DNA of 20,000 nucleotides from an uncultured virus (IMG/VR IMGVR_UViG_3300020207_000018) (Duplodnaviria > Heunggongvirae > Uroviricota > Caudoviricetes). Below, one piece after another: positions 17,528 to 20,000 of the stretch (positions within the stretch are counted from its first letter, which is position 1; every line of letters begins with the position of its first letter). The DNA is taken from positions 58,375 through 78,374 of the IMG/VR virus record IMGVR_UViG_3300020207_000018. The stretch is one strand, 5' to 3'. The notes under the pieces are model-generated. The model had not been told where the DNA came from. It saw nothing but the letters and a program-made list of their open reading frames with translations, and did not search any database. The position numbers were made by a program, and so were the translations under genes.

Positions 17528-18652
17528 TTATCCGTTAGGGTCTGGTGCAAGGTCTGTCTCTGTATCTCTTATAGAATCTTTTAGTAGTCGGCCGCCACCG
17601 CCTGCTCTAACTACATTGTAATTCTGTTGATGTAAAATTCTAATTTCTTGAAACTGAAGTGTTAAAGTGGTTTTGATTGGCATACCGTCTTCATATGCAG
17701 AAAACTTTTGACCGCCAGTATGATCTACCTGTGCGTTTGTACAAACTGATGGTAAAAATCCGTCAATTTGATCGCCAAGAGGACCACTAAAACTTATATC
17801 AAACACATTAGGATAATTAAAGAAATTTCCTTCTTCATCAACATTTAGACCTGCTTTTTTTGCATCTTCCTGTTCTTTATCACCAGCAAAGAGTTTTCCT
17901 GTTGTTACAGCTGGTAACATTGCATATCTAAACGTTGTAATAATTTCTTTTACTTGACTTGCTTCTTCTTCTGATCTTGGTAAGAAGTCAAATGTAAAAT
18001 CCCATGTTCTAAAACCTAGACCTTGTAGTAACAATTCTTTTTGAGGATTTGATGCTCGACCTTGTTTTAAATTTGTAAGTCCACCTGACAACTCATTCAA
18101 CATATTGATGGCAAACTCTTTACCTACTTTCATACCTTGATCTTTCATAGTACCTAAAAGGTCGCCTGAACCAAAGGCGTCTGCTATTTTAGAAATTGCT
18201 CTTTGAAATGTTCCTATGCCTTCTTCTGAGTACTGTACAGCTGCTTGTGAAATTAAAGTATCTGGTATATACAAAGCAATTTCATCTGGCATTGTAAACT
18301 TAGTTTCTTCATCACCAATATTAACTCTTGTATCGGCACCATCTTGTCTTGGTCTAATATCAAAGACTAAGTAGTTAGCTAACTCATCATGATAAGGATA
18401 GACCAAACCTTTCTCCGCCATTTTAGGTGCTTGTTTAGCGTCTGTATTGGCTAATGCAACTCCAGACAAAGATTTTTCAAGACTTGTTCTTCTTTTATTG
18501 ATTCTGTTTTCTGCTTCTTCAACTTGATCTGCTAATTGATCAATAGCAGTGTTATAGTTGATAGCTTGTATTTTAGCTGCTACCCCTTTTAAAGAGTTTA
18601 TTGAACCTTGAATCTTATTGAATTTTTTGATGAGTTTATCGATATATGCCAT
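17528..18652 (-). CDS. gp48: Baseplate tail-tube cap gp48-like
   Basis: IALYIP, NPQKELLLQGLGFRTWDFTFDFLPRSEEEASQVKEIITTFR, YPNVFDISF, CTNAQVDHT, DGMPIKTTLTLQFQEIRIL (gp19/gp48/gp54 fold). Lies directly upstream of gp53. gp54 cannot be fully excluded. Confidence 0.82.
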   Translation of the reverse strand: MAYIDKLIKKFNKIQGSINSLKGVAAKIQAINYNTAIDQLADQVEEAENRINKRRTSLEKSLSGVALANTDAKQAPKMAEKGLVYPYHDELANYLVFDIRPRQDGADTRVNIGDEETKFTMPDEIALYIPDTLISQAAVQYSEEGIGTFQRAISKIADAFGSGDLLGTMKDQGMKVGKEFAINMLNELSGGLTNLKQGRASNPQKELLLQGLGFRTWDFTFDFLPRSEEEASQVKEIITTFRYAMLPAVTTGKLFAGDKEQEDAKKAGLNVDEEGNFFNYPNVFDISFSGPLGDQIDGFLPSVCTNAQVDHTGGQKFSAYEDGMPIKTTLTLQFQEIRILHQQNYNVVRAGGGGRLLKDSIRDTETDLAPDPNG

Positions 18653-18656
18653 GTGT

Positions 18657-18664
18657 TATAAATA
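18657..18664 (+). promoter_or_regulatory. T4-type late promoter for gp4-HAD-kdsB
   Basis: Perfect TATAAATA on the plus strand, 23 nt upstream of the gp4 ATG. Confidence 0.85.
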
Positions 18665-18682
18665 CCTTGAAAGTCTTTTAGT

Positions 18683-18690
18683 TATTTATG
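18683..18690 (-). promoter_or_regulatory. Probable late promoter (CATAAATA) for the gp48 operon
   Basis: Plus-strand TATTTATG reads CATAAATA on the minus strand (7/8 match). It overlaps the gp4 start codon and lies 30 nt upstream of the gp48 ATG. Confidence 0.65.
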
Positions 18691-19140
18691 TCAAAAAAAC
18701 CATATAGTGGAAGGTTTAAACCCAAGAACTATAAAAAATATAAGGGTGATCCAACAAGGATATTTTATCGATCTCTATTAGAGAGACGATTCATGGTCTA
18801 TTGTGATAACAATGAAAGTATCATTGAATGGGGTAGTGAAGAACTTATCATACCTTATAGATCACCTTTAGACAAAAGAGTACATAGATATTTTCCAGAC
18901 TTTTATATTAAGTATGTGAATAAACATGGTCAAGTGATAAGAGAAATCATAGAAGTTAAACCGCACAAACAATTGTTTCCACCAAAAGAACCTACTAGAC
19001 GTACTAAACGATATTTAACAGAAGTAAACACATACATAATAAATCAGGCGAAATTTAAAGCAGCTCAAGAATACTGCGATGACAGAAAGTTGAATTTCAG
19101 AATACTAACAGAAAGGGAGATTTTACCTAAAAACAAATGA
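18688..19140 (+). CDS. gp4: Head completion nuclease gp4 (TnsA-N-like PD-(D/E)xK fold)
   Basis: YSGRFKPKNYKKYKGDPTRIFYRS...EWGSEELIIPYRSPLDKRVHRYFPDFYIK...IIEVKP...NQAKFKAAQEYC...FRILTE matches T4 gp4. Divergent from the baseplate genes, as in T4-like phages. Confidence 0.94.
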   Translation: MSKKPYSGRFKPKNYKKYKGDPTRIFYRSLLERRFMVYCDNNESIIEWGSEELIIPYRSPLDKRVHRYFPDFYIKYVNKHGQVIREIIEVKPHKQLFPPKEPTRRTKRYLTEVNTYIINQAKFKAAQEYCDDRKLNFRILTEREILPKNK

Positions 19141-19739
19141 AGAAGCTTTACGTTTTTGATTTAGACGGCGTCTTAATCGATTCTCTACCAAATATGAAAC
19201 TATCGTGGGGTATTGTACAATTAAACCACAGAATAGAAATTCAATTCGAAGAATATGCCAAACATATTGGTAAACCATTTAATGATATACTAGAAGAAAT
19301 TGGTATACACCATGATCACGTTAGTATTAAAAAGACTTACGATGAAATGTCTAACACTATGTTAGATAAAATAGAAATATATCCAAAAACATTCGAAGTA
19401 TTAGAAGAACTAAAAAACAGAGGTTGTAAGATTGCAATCTGCACATCTAAAGATGGCGTTAGAGCAAAAACAGTATTAGAGTCATTAGGATTTCCTGAGT
19501 TTGACTTTATCTGTTCACCTAAAAAAGGCCTCAGAGGAAAACCTTCTCCTGATCAACTACTAAATACTATTGCATTTTGTAATATCGATCCCAAAGATAC
19601 AGTTTACATCGGCGATATGCAAAGTGATTGCGAATGTGCTCAGAGAGCAGGCGTAGATTTTATACATGCAAATTATGGATATGGACAAGTGAAATGCGAA
19701 GTCTCAGTGAACCAAATAGAACAACTCCTCTCACTGTAG
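19137..19739 (+). CDS. HAD-superfamily phosphatase (C1-cap, Gph/phosphoglycolate-phosphatase-like)
   Basis: Motif I FDLDGVLIDS, motif II ICTSK, motif III GKPSPD, motif IV YIGDMQSD; ATGA overlap with gp4. Confidence 0.9.
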   Translation: MKKLYVFDLDGVLIDSLPNMKLSWGIVQLNHRIEIQFEEYAKHIGKPFNDILEEIGIHHDHVSIKKTYDEMSNTMLDKIEIYPKTFEVLEELKNRGCKIAICTSKDGVRAKTVLESLGFPEFDFICSPKKGLRGKPSPDQLLNTIAFCNIDPKDTVYIGDMQSDCECAQRAGVDFIHANYGYGQVKCEVSVNQIEQLLSL

Positions 19740-20000
19740 GGTTTATACCTGCAAGGTGGCACTCGACTCGTTTTGAGGGTAAACCTCTAGCACTCATCAA
19801 TGGCGTACCAATGATTCAAAGAGTCTTTGATCGGGCTTGCATGTCAAAAAGACTTGACACTATTGTTGTACTAACAGACGATGAACGTATTAGTCAATAC
19901 TGTTCAATCAAAGGTATTCGTTGTATCGTTGTTAATGAAGAATGCAAGACTGGTACAGACAGGTGTTCAAAAGTCTTAGAGTTAGTAGACGGTACACATT
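19694..20000 (+). CDS. kdsB: 3-deoxy-manno-octulosonate cytidylyltransferase (CMP-Kdo synthetase)-like, 3' truncated
   Basis: Not in the ORF track. Manual translation from ATG 19694 gives MRSLSEPNRTTPLTVGFIPARWHSTRFEGKPLALINGVPMIQRVFDRACMSKRLDTIVVLTDDERISQYCSIKGIRCIVVNEECKTGTDRCSKVLELVDGTH. It carries the KdsB motifs IPARxxSTRxxGKPL, PMIQRV, TDDERI and GTDR. It overlaps the HAD gene by 46 nt, so the exact start is uncertain. Confidence 0.85.
   Translation, partial: MRSLSEPNRTTPLTVGFIPARWHSTRFEGKPLALINGVPMIQRVFDRACMSKRLDTIVVLTDDERISQYCSIKGIRCIVVNEECKTGTDRCSKVLELVDGTH

Noticed and set aside
12812..17538. Plus-strand ORFs including the 203-aa 13148-13759 and others up to 17296-17538
   Set aside because: The S/F/I/L-rich translation is what the reverse complement of an E/K/I-rich helical gene yields. 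There is no independent evidence of coding.
1..18652. Bacterial T6SS / eCIS / tailocin interpretation
   Set aside because: gp55-type TATAAATA promoters, gp4 head completion gene and T4-specific gp6/gp7/gp8/gp53 motifs indicate a T4-like phage.
18688..19140. gp4 read as a TnsA transposase or homing endonuclease (mobile element)
   Set aside because: The TnsA-N-like fold is expected for T4 gp4. Size, motifs and position match the core gene, and no terminal repeats or other transposon genes are present.
1..20000. CRISPR array, tRNA, intron/intein, diversity-generating retroelement or recoded stop codons
   Set aside because: No nucleotide-level direct repeat arrays, cloverleafs or reverse transcriptase were seen by eye. 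Intergenic gaps are at most 71 nt, and the genes read through at expected sizes in the standard code.

Overview
AT-rich window from a T4-like myophage of the marine cyanophage/pelagiphage type. It covers the late tail-baseplate module. A tightly coupled minus-strand cluster runs gp48 (tail-tube cap), gp53, gp27-like hub, gp5 spike (no lysozyme domain), a 520-aa helical unknown, gp25, gp6, a 160-aa unknown, gp7 (1361 aa), gp8 and a >1385-aa DUF4815/VrlC-like virion protein that runs off the left edge and is missing from the ORF track. Divergently on the plus strand are gp4 (head completion nuclease), a HAD phosphatase and the 5' part of a KdsB-like cytidylyltransferase (also missing from the track). 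Several T4 late-promoter boxes (TATAAATA) have unusual geometry: tandem, face-to-face, or apparently leaderless. The most interesting signals are: (i) about 15 dispersed hydrophobic-x-hydrophobic-E-[DN]-G motifs in gp7, next to a small gene with the strongest ribosome-binding site, which may form a plug-and-socket baseplate decoration system; (ii) a large amphipathic helical protein in the slot where a PAAR tip gene would be expected; (iii) a late-expressed HAD + KdsB-like sugar-activation module. All product calls come from motif recognition and synteny, not database searches.
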